From NCBI RefSeq assembly GCF_007748075.1, contig NZ_CP036280.1, positions 1,590,001-1,622,000 of the forward strand: 32,000 nucleotides of DNA, in the 5' to 3' direction. The DNA comes from Mucisphaera calidilacus (GTDB taxonomy: Bacteria; Planctomycetota; Phycisphaerae; Phycisphaerales; Phycisphaeraceae). The translations under genes and the position numbers were made by a program. A model generated the notes under the pieces. It saw only the letters and a list, made by a program, of their open reading frames with translations, had not been told where the DNA came from and ran no database searches. Shown here piece after piece: positions 1 to 12,000 of this stretch; position 1 is the stretch's first letter, and every line of letters starts with the position of its first letter.

Positions 1-3000
1 GGTAACGACGGGTTGGTCGCCGGCCTTGATCCATGAGGTCTGGAAGACGGTTTCGCCGAGGTTCCCGAAGAGGTCGGTGATGCCGTCGCCGTCGAGCGAG
101 AGGACGTAGGTGCCGTCGTCTGCGGTGAGGTTGGTGAGTCCCTCGATGCGGTAGCGTGTGGTGGTGAGCCGTGTGAGTGTGGTGGAGCTGAGGTCGATGT
201 CGTTGTTGTTGCGTGTGAGGTTGAGATCGTCGAGGTCGAGGGTGCCTTCGGCGAGTGGCTCGGAGACCGAGAAGGTGACGCTGTTGACCGGGCTGATGCG
301 GTGATCGGGTGTGACGGTATCGAAGGTGACTACGGGTCCGTCGCCATCGATCGGCTCGTAGATGAGGGTGTAGGAGGTGCCGGTGTCTTCGGGGTCGCCC
401 GTGGCTTCGGGTCGTGAGTCGAAGACGTGGATGATGTCTTCGTAGATGGGGAGCTGGTTGACGCCCGGGAAGGTTCGGTCCGTCTGCCAGAAGTTGTTGT
501 CGAGCAGGGAGGATCCGTCCTGTCGCTGGACGTCGATGAGTCGGTAGCGTCCTCGGCCGGGGTCGTCGAAGCGGAAGTAGCCGTGGCCGTCGAAGGATTC
601 GACGGTGACGGTGGTGGTGAGGTCGTTGAGGGTGACGTCGGCACCGATGTTGGTGACGACGAGGTCGCTGACGGGCTCGATGGAGCCGTCGGACTGGTGG
701 ACCTCGTCGGGTATGAACTGCGGGTCTTCGGTGGCGTTGACGAGGAAGTCGGGCAGGTCGTCGGAGCCTTCGAGGTCGACCTGGACGGTGCGGATGGTTT
801 CGTGGATGCGGACGTCCTTGACCTCGCCGAGTCGCTCGTCGCCGAGGGCGTTGACGTTTCGGAAGGAGGCGGAGAAGTCGACGAAGTGTCCCTGGATGGT
901 GGATTCGAGGAACCAGAGGACGGTGACGATCTCGCCGGGCTCGATGTCGCCGAACTCGAGGTTGAAGGCGGGTGTGATGTTCTGGTTGTTGATCTGGCTG
1001 GCGAGGAGTGTGAAGTCGATCAGCAGGCCCTGTGCGTTGTCGATGATGCGCGGCTGGGCGGAGCTGAGCGTGACCTGGTTGGCGGTGCCGACGCCCTCGT
1101 TGCGGATGTAGACGCCGAGGTTGTAGGGCACGCTGGGTTCGATTTCCTGGGTGAACGGGTCGTCGGAGTAGACGTCGCGTTGGTGGTAGTAGTCGATGAA
1201 GAGCTGTGCTCGTGGCTCGACGGTGATGGTGACGGGAGTGAAGTCGCTGGTGACGAGTTGTCCGTTGTCGACGTAGCTGAGGGTTCCGCCCACGGAGTAG
1301 CCGGTGAGGCCCTCGGGGGCTGCCTCGTCGAGGGGCACGATGATCCAGGTGGAGGATCCTTCGGCGTTGGGTCCGATGAACCCGGTGCCGTCGACGGCGC
1401 TGATGCCGTCGAGGTCGGGTGCGGAGATGGCGAAGAGGTCGTTGGCGATGTTGCCCTGCGCGTCGAGGATCTTGATGTCGACGTCGATGTCGGAGAGCGG
1501 GTTGTCGGTGTCGTTGAAGAGGTCGAGTGTGGCGTCGAAGGCCTGGAGAGTGGTGGTCAGGTCCTGGCTGAGTTGCAGGGTGACGTTGGCCGAGACGAAC
1601 TCGGGCAGCTTGACGACGGGCTGTGGCGCGGGTGCGCGGAAGACGGGGATGACGGGTCCTGTGCCGCCGCCGCCGAAGCCGCCTCCGCCGCCAAAGCCGC
1701 CACCACCACCTCCTCCGCCGCCGCCGCCGGAGCGTGGGATGACGCTCGGGGGCAGGAAGCAGTTGCCGTCGACGTTGGTGATGTAGATCGGCGTGGTCTT
1801 GTTGACGGTGATGAGGCTGCCGGGAGCGCCGGTCTGGTAGGACCAGTTGACGCCTGCGCTAATATCACAGGCGATGAAGATGCCCGGGTCTTCGAGCACG
1901 GCGGTGCGGGTGACGATCACGGGGATGGTGACGTCGCTGGAGCCGGGCAGGGTGCCGAGGGTGTCGGTGAGGGGTGTGAACTCGTAGAAGGGGTGGTCTT
2001 CGAAGAAGAGGGAGACGTTGTTGGTCTGGACGAGTCCGACGTTGCGGATGGTCATGTCGACCTGGAAGCTGTCGCCGATGTTGACGAGGGGCGCGAGGTC
2101 GATGAGCGGGGGCTCGACGACGATGGAGGGCACCGGGACGGAGGTGTTGAAGACGGTCTCGATGGTGATCTCGGTGGTGTTGGTGATCTCGATCTCGGTG
2201 ACGGTGAACTCGTAGCGGACGGTTTCGCGTGAGATGAAGACTTCATCGTCGACGAGGTCGCCCGCGGGGATGTAGATGAGTGTGCTGATATCGGTGTGGT
2301 TGTCGGAGCGGATGTCGAGGTTGTAGAAGCCGACGGGCAGACCGTCGAAGGTGACGACGCCGTTCTCGTCGGTGGTGTCGGTTCCGACGCGGACGCCGCT
2401 GCTGTCGATGATGCGTACCTGGACTCCTTCGGGTTTGGGACTTCCTGCGACGGCGTAGGTGAACTCGTCGACGATGGTGAGTCGGAGGTCGCCGACGGCG
2501 TCGGTGGTCACGAGGAAGTTGAAGTCGAGGAGTGCGTAGTCGGAGCCGTCACCGATGGCGACCTGCCCGGCGTAGGGGCCGAGAGCGGTGTCGGCGTCGG
2601 GCTGGATCTGGAAGGTGAGTGTTTCGGAGGCGCCGGGCAGGAGTGTGCCGAGGTCGCCCGTGACGAGCGTGAGCCAGTTGGGTCCTGGGATGATGATGTC
2701 GAGGTCGGCGCTCTCGGCGCCGCCGACGTTGGTGACGGTGACGCTGAAGAGCTGCTGGTCGCCGAGGAGCACGGACTGCTGGATGCTGTTGTCGCTGAGT
2801 GCGAAGCGGGCGACGGCGGGCGAGACGGTGACTTGTGCCTCGACCTGCTGCGTGACGCCCTCGGTGGTCGTTATCTCGATGACGACGGTGCCGTTGAGCA
2901 CGCTGGCGTCGATCGCTTCGACGTCGAAGGTGAGTGTGGTGGTCGCGAGGCCATTGAGGTGCGGGTCTGCGAAGTTGAGGTTGGTGATGCTGAGGTTGGC

Positions 3001-6000
3001 GGGGCTTTCGACGACGGTCGCGTTGAGGTCCACCAGTGCGATGGTGCTGAGGTTGCGGAGCGTCACGGATCCGGTGACGGTCTGGAACTCGGTGACCGCG
3101 AGGTCCTGGGTGGTGGGCTGCGCGAGCATGCCGATGACGGTGAAGCTGTCCTGGACGGGAGCGGTCAGTTCGCCCGGGTGCGCGGCGCCGATGGTGTATT
3201 CGCCGCCCTCGTTGGCGAGGGGCTGGAAGGTGAGTGAGAAGTCGCCGTTTTCGTCGGCGAAAGCGGTGAGGAGGCGTGTGGTGCCGCGGACGTTGAGGTG
3301 GATGTTGACCTGTTCGTTGGCGGCGGGCTGGCCGTCGCGTCGTGTGGCGGTGCCGAACATCTCGATGGGTGTTCCGGCGGTGGCCTGGGTGATGCCGGTC
3401 TGCACGGTCGCGCTGTAGGCGCTGTGCACGGTGAAGGGCGTCGGTGTGATGGTGGTGTTGTTGGTTTCGACGGCTTCGTCGACTTCGCTGGTGGTGTCGG
3501 TCTTGACGTAGATGTAGTAGGGGCCGGCGATGTCGGGTGCCTGGACGACGGTGAGCGTGCGTGTGAAGGATTCGCCGACTTCGAGCACGCCGTTGAATTC
3601 GAAGCGGTCGCCTGTGTCGTTGATGTCGGCGAGTCCGAGTTGGACGTCGTCGCTGTTGCCGATGACGCCGTCGGTGGAGAGCCAGATCTGCTGCTGGAGC
3701 GGGTTGTTGCCGTTGTCGGTGTCGGTGTCGGAGGGTCCGAAGCCGACGTTCTCGATGGTGAAGCGGACCTGGTACGGCTCGTCGGTGTCGATGTCGACGC
3801 CTTGGACGGGCAGGACCTGGAGGTTGGTGACGATGAGGTCGGGCAGGTTGGTGTCGGTGACGGTGATCTGATCGGATCCGGCGTTGTAGCCGAGTGCCGA
3901 GGCGGTGATGGTTGCCGTCTGGTTGCCGTCCTGCTGCGCGTCGGCGAGCGACGAGACGGGGACGGTGATGGATGAGGTGCCTTCGGGGATCAGGACGGTG
4001 GGCTGGAGGGTTGCTTCGGTGGTGTCACTCGAAGCGAGCGTGATGAGCAGTCCGCCGACGGGCGCGGGTGCGTTGAGGGTGATGGTGGCCTGTGCGGCGT
4101 CGGTGATGCCCTCGCCGACGAGGTCTGTGTCGAGCGTGAGTGTGATGGTTGGACCGTCGTCGTCGGTGACGTTGACGTCGGCTGTGACGGCGTTGTCGTC
4201 GATCGGCAGGCCTGCACCGGTTGTCGGTTTGGCGGTGATGGTGACGATCTGGGTGCCGTCGTCGAGTGCGTCGTCAACGGCGAAGAGGTTGAAGGTTGCG
4301 CTGGTCGCGCCGGCGGGGATGATGACCGAGGGCTGGACGAACAGTTCGGTGGCGTCGTTGCCGCTGAGCGCAACGGTCAGTGCGTTGGTCGTGTCGCCTG
4401 AGCGCGTGACCTGGACGGCGTTGCTGATGAGGCCGTCGGACTCGCTGAAGGTCGGTTCGAGCAGGGAGAGGGTGAGGGTGGGTCGGTCGTCGTCGATGAC
4501 CTCGATGCTCTCGATGTCGAGGTTGTGGCCGACGGCGGACGCGGAGATCTCGACGAACTCGTCGAACTCGACGAGCGTGTTCTGGATGGCGGTGAGTGTG
4601 ATGGTGACGCTGGGCTCGCCGGCGGGGATGGTCGCCGAGCTGATGCCGCTGAGCTGACCGATGACCGACTGCTCGAGGAAGAGCTCGACGGGCTGATCGG
4701 TCACGACGTCGCGGGCGATGACCATGTCGATGGTGTTGCCCTCGACGACGCTGGAACCGATGAAGTCGATGGAGAGATTGGGTCGGTCGACGTCGAGGAC
4801 GGTGAACTCGGCGGTGCCGCTGACGAAGCCGGTGGCGTCGGCTGTGATGGTGACGATCTGGTCGCCGTCGACGATGCCGTCCTCGAGGGTGTCGATGGTG
4901 AAGGTGCCGACGGTGGCGCCGGCGGGGATGGTGATGGTGGCGGGGACGGCGAGTTCATCGTTGAGGTCAACGGAGAGGTTGACGGTGATGGGCGAGGCGG
5001 TCGGGCCGCTTCGTGTGACGAATCCCTGGACGGTGTTGGGCCGGTCCTCGTTGGCCTGGTCCTGCGCGAAGGAGACCTGGAGTTCCGAGGTGAGGTCGAG
5101 GAGGCTGGCGCCGGCTGCTGTGTTGTCGGTCTCGTCGGCCTCGAAGACGGTGTTGAGTGCGTCGATCTCGACGAGGACGTAGACGAGTCCGCCGAGGCCC
5201 ATGCTGCCTGGCAGTTCGACGGTGGCGGAGTAGGACTGTGTTCCGCCGTTGGTCTGCCCCTCGAAGAGGTTGGAGAAGGCGCCGATCTGGACGGCGTCGC
5301 TTCCGCTGGGGCCGCTGGCGAGAAGCAGACGCGTGACGATGGAGACGTCGTCGGGGATCAATGTGCTGAGGACGTCCCAGTTGACGGCGAGGTCGTCGCC
5401 GGGGGCAGCGGCTGCGGGCGTGAAGGTGACGTTGTCGGGTGTGAGGTTGGGCAGTTCGATGTCGTAGGTGGTGGTGTAGACGTCGTCGTCGGTCTCGCCG
5501 TTGAGCGTGTCGCCGTCGATGTTGAGTGCGTGTCCGAGCGCGTTGCGGACGTCGCTGGCGATGGTGAGTGTGTAGGTGCCGACCTGCGGCGCTTCGGTGA
5601 AGCGTGCGGCGAAGGTGGTGTTGTCCGAGGAGGTGAGTGCGTCGATGGTGAGGGTGGAGCCGTCGGGTGCGATGAGGGTGATGTCATCGACGGAGAACGT
5701 GTCGGGGTCCATGGGCTCGCTGAAGGCGACGTCAAAGCCGTTTTCGACGGGCGTGATGGAGAGGACGCTGGGGCCTGCGGGGGTGGTGGCGTGCAGCGTC
5801 GTGCCGGTGGTGTTGTCGGTTTCGTCGGACTCGGCGAGTTGGCCGGCCGCGTCGGTGGTGACAAAGATCGTGAAGGTGTCGGTGCCGGCGGGGATGGTGT
5901 CGATGACGGGGAGGGTTACGGTGCGGCTTGCCGAGTAGCTGTCGTTGGCGTTCACTCCGCCGAGGTGGCTGACCGAGGCGAGGAGGACGTCGTCGGCGTC

Positions 6001-9000
6001 GCCGAGGATGTCGTTGATGGAGAAGATGACGTGGTCGGCGGCGTTGCCGAGGATATCGACGCTGCCGGTGTTGCTGACGGTCCATGCGACGTTGACCTCG
6101 GCGCCGAAGAGCGCGGCGTTGGCTGCGCCGGGCGCGACGGTGACTGTGTCAACAACGAGGTTGCCCTGCTCGAGTATGAAGGCGGTGGTGTAGTCGTCGC
6201 CACCGATGCCGTCGAGATTGCCGTCGAGGAGGTTGCCGAAGACGTCGGTGATGCTGCCGGAGACGCTTAGGGTGTAGGCGCCTGGGGCTGACTGGGTGTT
6301 GAAGGTGAGGGAGACGGTGTCGATGCCGTTGTAGCTGGCGCTTCCGATAGCGATGTCGCTGCCGTCGGGCGCGGCCAGGCTGAAGTCGGAGGCCTCGATG
6401 CCGGAGGCGAGGAGGGCCTCGGAGAAGGCGATGTCGATGGAGGTGAGTGTCTGGTTGGGTGTGCCGTTGAAGGCGACGGCGGTGACGACGGGGCTCTCGA
6501 GGTCGTTGAAGACGGAGGCGTCGTAGGGGGCGTCCATCTTGTTGCCGGAGAGGTCGGTGATGTCGGGGCCGACGAGTACGGAGTAGGTTCCGCTGTCTGT
6601 CTGTTCGGGGAAGGTGATGGAGAAGGTGTTGGTGTAGCCGTTGACGGGGTCGATGGGTGTGACGGTGACGTCGGCGGCGTCGAGTGTGCTGCCGTCGGGT
6701 CGTGTGACGAGGACGTCGTCGGCGGTAAAGGTGTTGTTGAGGACATTTTCGTCGAAGTCGATGGTGACCTGGCTCAGGGAGCCGGAGATCGGGCCGGCGG
6801 GGGTGTGGCTGATGACCTGAGGCCCGGTGGCGTCGGCTGCGAGCGCGAAGACATCCTGGAGGAGTGCGGGGTTGGTGTTGCCGGCGAGGTCTCGGATCGT
6901 GCCGGGGTCGAGGTCGAATCGGTAAGTACCGGGCGCGACGACGTAGGCGAAGTCGACCTGGTAGGTCGTTCCGTCGAGGTCGGTCTGCGTGATGGCGGTG
7001 ACGTCGGGCAGTGCTGCGCCGCCGGGGCCGATGAAGTCGATGTCGACGGTGGTGAACTGGTCGGGGTCGATCGGTTCGTCGAAGGTGAGTGTGCGCGTGG
7101 TGAGGGGCGCCTGCTCGTTGGGTGTGCCTGCGAGGAGTGACGGTCCGGTGCGGTCGACGAAGACGGAGATGTTGTCGCTGATGACCGGTCCGGTCAGGGG
7201 CGTGAAGTTGGCGGTCGGGTTGTACTGTCCGTCGGCGCCGTAGGGTGCTGAGAAGACGTAGGTTCCGGGTCCGAAGACGACGCGTGATTCGTCGAGGTTG
7301 TTGATGTGGCCGTCGCCGTTGTAGTCGAGGACGATGGTGCCTGCTTCGTTGACGGTGACGTCGTAGGTGAGGTTGGTGACGTTGGTGATGTTGTCGGACT
7401 GCGAGGCGCCGGTGTCGCTGGCGTCCTGGAGGTCGATGAAGACGGTGCCCGGGACGTTGTTGACGGCGATGTTGTTGCTGGTGAAATCGGTGCCGGGGCC
7501 GGCGTCGAGGCTGCCGAGCGGGTTGCCGAGGAGGTCTTCGACGGTGGCGGTTCCGCTGACGGTCAGCTGGTAGATGTCGTCGGCCAGTTGCGTGGCCAGG
7601 TTGATGGTGGCGGTCTGTGTGTCGGTGTCGAAGAGGATTGATCCGTCGAGGATGGCGGCGAGGTCGATGGTTGTGTTGCCGTTGTCGCCGGTGGAGCCGT
7701 CGAAGAGGCCGTCGCCGGCGGAGCCGATGAGTGTGTAGTTGGCGGGGTCGGTTGCGGTGACGGGGTCGACGCCGACGCCGGTGTCGGCGCCTGCGCGGTC
7801 GGCGTAGTCGACGATGATCTGGCTGCCGTTGACGATGGTGACGTCTTCGACGGACGGTCCGGTGCGGTCGATGGTGAAGTTGGCGAGGTAGGCGCCGCTG
7901 GCGAGTTGCTGTTCGGCGTTGAAGCCCGCGACGGTGGCGCTTGTCGGCAGGATGGTGGCCTTGCCGAAGTCGCCGGCGAGGATGGAGAGGTCGAGGAGGT
8001 CGACCGCGCCGTCGCTGTTGATGTCGGCGGTGGTCTGTGTTGCGCTCGCGCCGAAGTGACCGGCGAGGATGGAGAGGTCGAGGAGGTCGACCGCGCCGTC
8101 GCTGTTGATGTCGCCGCCGGATGCGGGTGTGGTGGGTGCTGCTGCGTCGTTGTCGGGTGTGCCGTTGACGGTGACGGTGAGGTCGTCGATGCCCCAGGAT
8201 TCGTCGCCGAGGCTCTGGAGACCGCGGCCGCGGAAGCGTAGTTCGAGGGTGTCGCCGGTGTGCACAAAGGTCTGCTGGATTTTATCGTAGAAGGTGTCGT
8301 TCCAGCTGCTGCCGACGACGTTGACGCCCTTGCGGTCGGCCGCGAAGGGATAGGTCTGCGGGTTGCCAAAGCTGTCGAAGGTGTGTTCCCACTCGGGTGT
8401 CGTGCGGTCATCGACGAGGAAGCCGAAGTAGTCGGGTCCCGGCGCAACGTTGCCGTCCCAGGAATCGAGCAGGAGCAGGTCGAACTCGATGGTGATTTCG
8501 TCGTGCGCGGGGAGGTTGTTGAGGGTCAGGACGATCTCTTCGTTGCCGAAGTTGCCGAGGAACTGGGTGGTGTCGGCGTCGTTGAAGACGCGTGTGGTGT
8601 TCCAGCTGCCGGTGATGCCGTTGGCGTAGCCCTGGTCGGCGCCGTTCTCGAAGTCGTTGTCGTAGGCGGTGAAGGCGGTGAAGCCCTCCATGAAGTTGCC
8701 GGCGAGGTCGGTGATGTTGGGGCCGATCTCGACGCTGTAGCTGCCCTCATCGGTCAGCGGGTTGATGAGGTTGAGGGTGAAGACGGTGTTGTTTTCGCTG
8801 GGCACGATGCTTTCGATGTTGCTGCCGGGCATGATGGTGTCGTCGGGCAGCGTGACGATGAAGTCATCGGCGGTGACGGTGGTGACCTGGATGGGCTCGC
8901 TGAAGGTGACGGAGAAGGAGCTGACGTCGGAGCTGAGGAAGGTCTCGGGCTGGAAGTCGGTGACGAAGGGCGCGGTGGCGTCGACGACCGAGACGGTCTC

Positions 9001-12000
9001 GCTGTAGGGAATCAGGACGTTGCCGGCGTTGTCGGCGGCGGCGGAGTTGATGGCCAGCGTGTAGGAACCCGCGGTCAGGAGGGCGTCGAAGACGACTTCA
9101 TATTGATTGGAGCCGAGGTCGTTGATAGCGGTGATGTTGGCCGGTCCGAGCGGTCCGGTGAGGCTGATCTCATTGATCTGGATCGGCTGTGCGAGGGGCT
9201 CGTCGACGGTGAACGTGAGTGAGGTTGAGCCCTGAATCAGCTGGTCGGCGGACGTTTCGGCCACGGAGGGCGTGGTGAGATCAAGACTGAAGGCGAAGGC
9301 CTGCCCCTGACCTTCTTCTGTGACGCGGACGTTGTCGACGGCGAAGCCGTAGTTACCGTTGGAAGCATCGCCTTGGAAGGCGAGCGTTGTGGTGGTGCTG
9401 TCGGCGACGAAGGTGGTTGTGTAGCCCTGCCAGTTCATGCTGGCGGTGCTGTTGGGCACGCTGTGGACGAGTGTCTGGCTGACGAGCGTAGTGTCGCCTG
9501 TCACGGTGAGGTAGCCGGTGGCGGAGCTGCCGTTTGGATTGCGCGAGTAATCGAACTCGACGCGGTAGGTCTGTCCCGGGACCGTGGCGAAGGCCTGGCT
9601 GAGGCGAGCGTTGTTGTCGACGTCGATGGACTGGTCGTTGCCGGCGGGGTCGACTTCGCCCGAGCTGCCGTGCCAGAGGGTGTTGATGTGATCGATGTTG
9701 CTGAATTCGACGTCCCACGCGAATCCGGCGGGGATGTTACTGAAGACGTAGGTGTTGAAGCTGCCGCTTGCGTCGGGGGTATCGAAGCCGGGGTTGGTAA
9801 TGAGGTTGCCGCTGCCGGTGATGTTCATGAAGTGACCGAGCGTGTCGGTGATGAACGGGCCGATCTGGACGGTGTAGTCGCCGTCTGTCGCGAGGGTGGT
9901 CGGCAGGTCGAGTGTGAAGAGGGTGTTGGTGGCGTCGGGTGTGATGGTCAGGTTGGTGGTGTTGAGCTCAGAACCGTCGGGCAGGGTGATGAGGACGTCA
10001 GAACCGGTGAAGGTGTTGGTGGCGATCGGCTTGCTGAAGGTGACGAGGAAGGTGTCGATCTGGGTGTTGAGCAGGCCCTGGGGGGTGAAGTCGGTGATGA
10101 CCGGCGGGGTGTAGACCTCGATGGGGCTGGAGGCTGTGTTGTTGGTTTCGTCTTCCTCGACGACGGTGTTGTTGTGGTCGGCGACGAAGATGAGGTTGTA
10201 GAAGCCGTCGGGCTGCACAAGGTTGGCGACGGTGCCGGTGACGGTTGTGGACTGACCGATAGAGAGGGCGCTCAGCGTGGCGGTGTCCAGGAGGGTGTCC
10301 CCGGCATCGAACAGGTCGTCGGTCGAGAGATAGAGGGCGCCGGTGGTTGCGGGGCTGTCCTGGGTGCCATCGTTGGTGACGGTGAATGACCATTCGAGGT
10401 CGTCGCCGTTGCGGACTTCGGCTGCTGCCACGGGGGCGCTGGCGACGAGGTCGGGCAGCGCGATGGTGGAGAAGCTCCACGGATCGCTGGTGAAGCTCTG
10501 GCCGCCGACCTGTGCGGTGACGGACCAGAAGTAGTCGGTGTCGAAGGCGAGTATGCCGGGGTCGAAACTGAGTGCGGCCTGGTTGTTGGCCACCTGGGTG
10601 AGGCTGTCGGGATCGGTGCCGAAGAAGACGTCGAAGACGACGTTGCCGGCGGAGTTTTCGAGGTCCCATGTGAGGATCTGGTTGACGGGCACGTCGGTGG
10701 CGTCGTCGGCCGGGGTGGGGTCAACGGGTGTGGATGGGTTGACCGCGAGGTCGCTGGGCGTGCTGCCTTGCGGGACGATGCGGACTTCGTTGCCGAGGGT
10801 GAGGTTGAGGTCGTCGGTGAAGTCGGTGGTCTCGCCGCTGGAGGCGAACCAGTTCGTGACGTTGCCGAAGTCGACGGAGGCGATGATGATGGTCCACGCG
10901 TCGCCGCCGATGCCTGAGACCATGACTCCGTCGGTGTTGACGCCGTAGCTGAAGGTCCCGACGAAGGAATCGGAGCCGGCGGGTGTTTCGACGGCTTCGC
11001 CTGCGTCGTCCGAGACGGCGACGAAGGGGTCGGTGGCGGAGTCGACGACGCGGAAGGCGAAGTCGGCCTGGTTGGAGGGCGCGTTGTTGTCGAGTCCGAA
11101 GATGAATCCGAAGCTCAGGTCGCCTGTCGTGGTGTCCTCGTGGATCCAGATATTGGAGTTGGTCGGTCCGAGGTTGACGCCGACCGGGTGTCCGGAGGCG
11201 CTGTAGAAGTCGTAGTGATCTGCGCCGTCGGCGGGTGTCTTGATGGCGTGGATCTGGCCGACGGGTGTGGTGGTGGAGGTGTTCCAGTCGTAGACGTCGA
11301 GGATGACGGGTGTGACGAGGGTGATGGCCTGTGCCGTGGTGTTGTTGTCGCCGTTGAGCTCGGTCAGGCCGCCGGTGAGGGGCGTGCCGGGCGCGGAGCC
11401 GTCGTCGTTGGTGGAGACGATGAGGTAGTAGGTGCCGTCGAGGACGTCGGGGATGGTGAGGTCGAAGGTGTAGGTGCCGGTGCCGTAGGTGCCGGTGAAG
11501 GTGTCGAGGATGGTGTCGCCGGCGTCGACGGTGTTGTCGGTCGAGAGGTAGATGGTGTCGGAGAAGCTTTCTACGGCGGGTCCTGATCCGAGGTTGTTGA
11601 GCGAGTAGGTGAGGCTGATGGTGTCGCCTGAGGCTGCGGCGGCGGGTGCGTTGTCGATGACGGGTTGGAGGTCGGCGACCGGATCAATCGTCAGGTCGAA
11701 GACGATCTGGTCGTCGGACGAGCTTCCGGTGTCGTTGGCGTAGAGGGTGATGGTGTGGGTGCCGATGGAGAGGCCGGAGGTGACGAAGGTGTCGGAGGTT
11801 CCGAACTGGCCGTCGATGCTGGAGGTCCAGGTGAAGTCGACGGTTCCGTCGTTGTTCTGTGCGGTCGCGGTGAAGGTGACGTCCTGGCCGTCGAGGTAGG
11901 CGGCGTCGGTCGGGCTGACGAGTTCGATGCTAAAGCCGATGGAGCCGGAGAGGGTTGAGGAGATGGCGGGGTCGTTGTTTCCGCCAGAGTGCAGGGCGAC

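Noticed and set aside
7973-8113. Possibility that the 54-bp direct repeat is a CRISPR array or an IS/terminal repeat
   Set aside because: There are only two copies with a 33-bp spacer. Both are in frame within the giant ORF and encode a recognisable Ca-binding loop. No cas genes or transposase genes are present.
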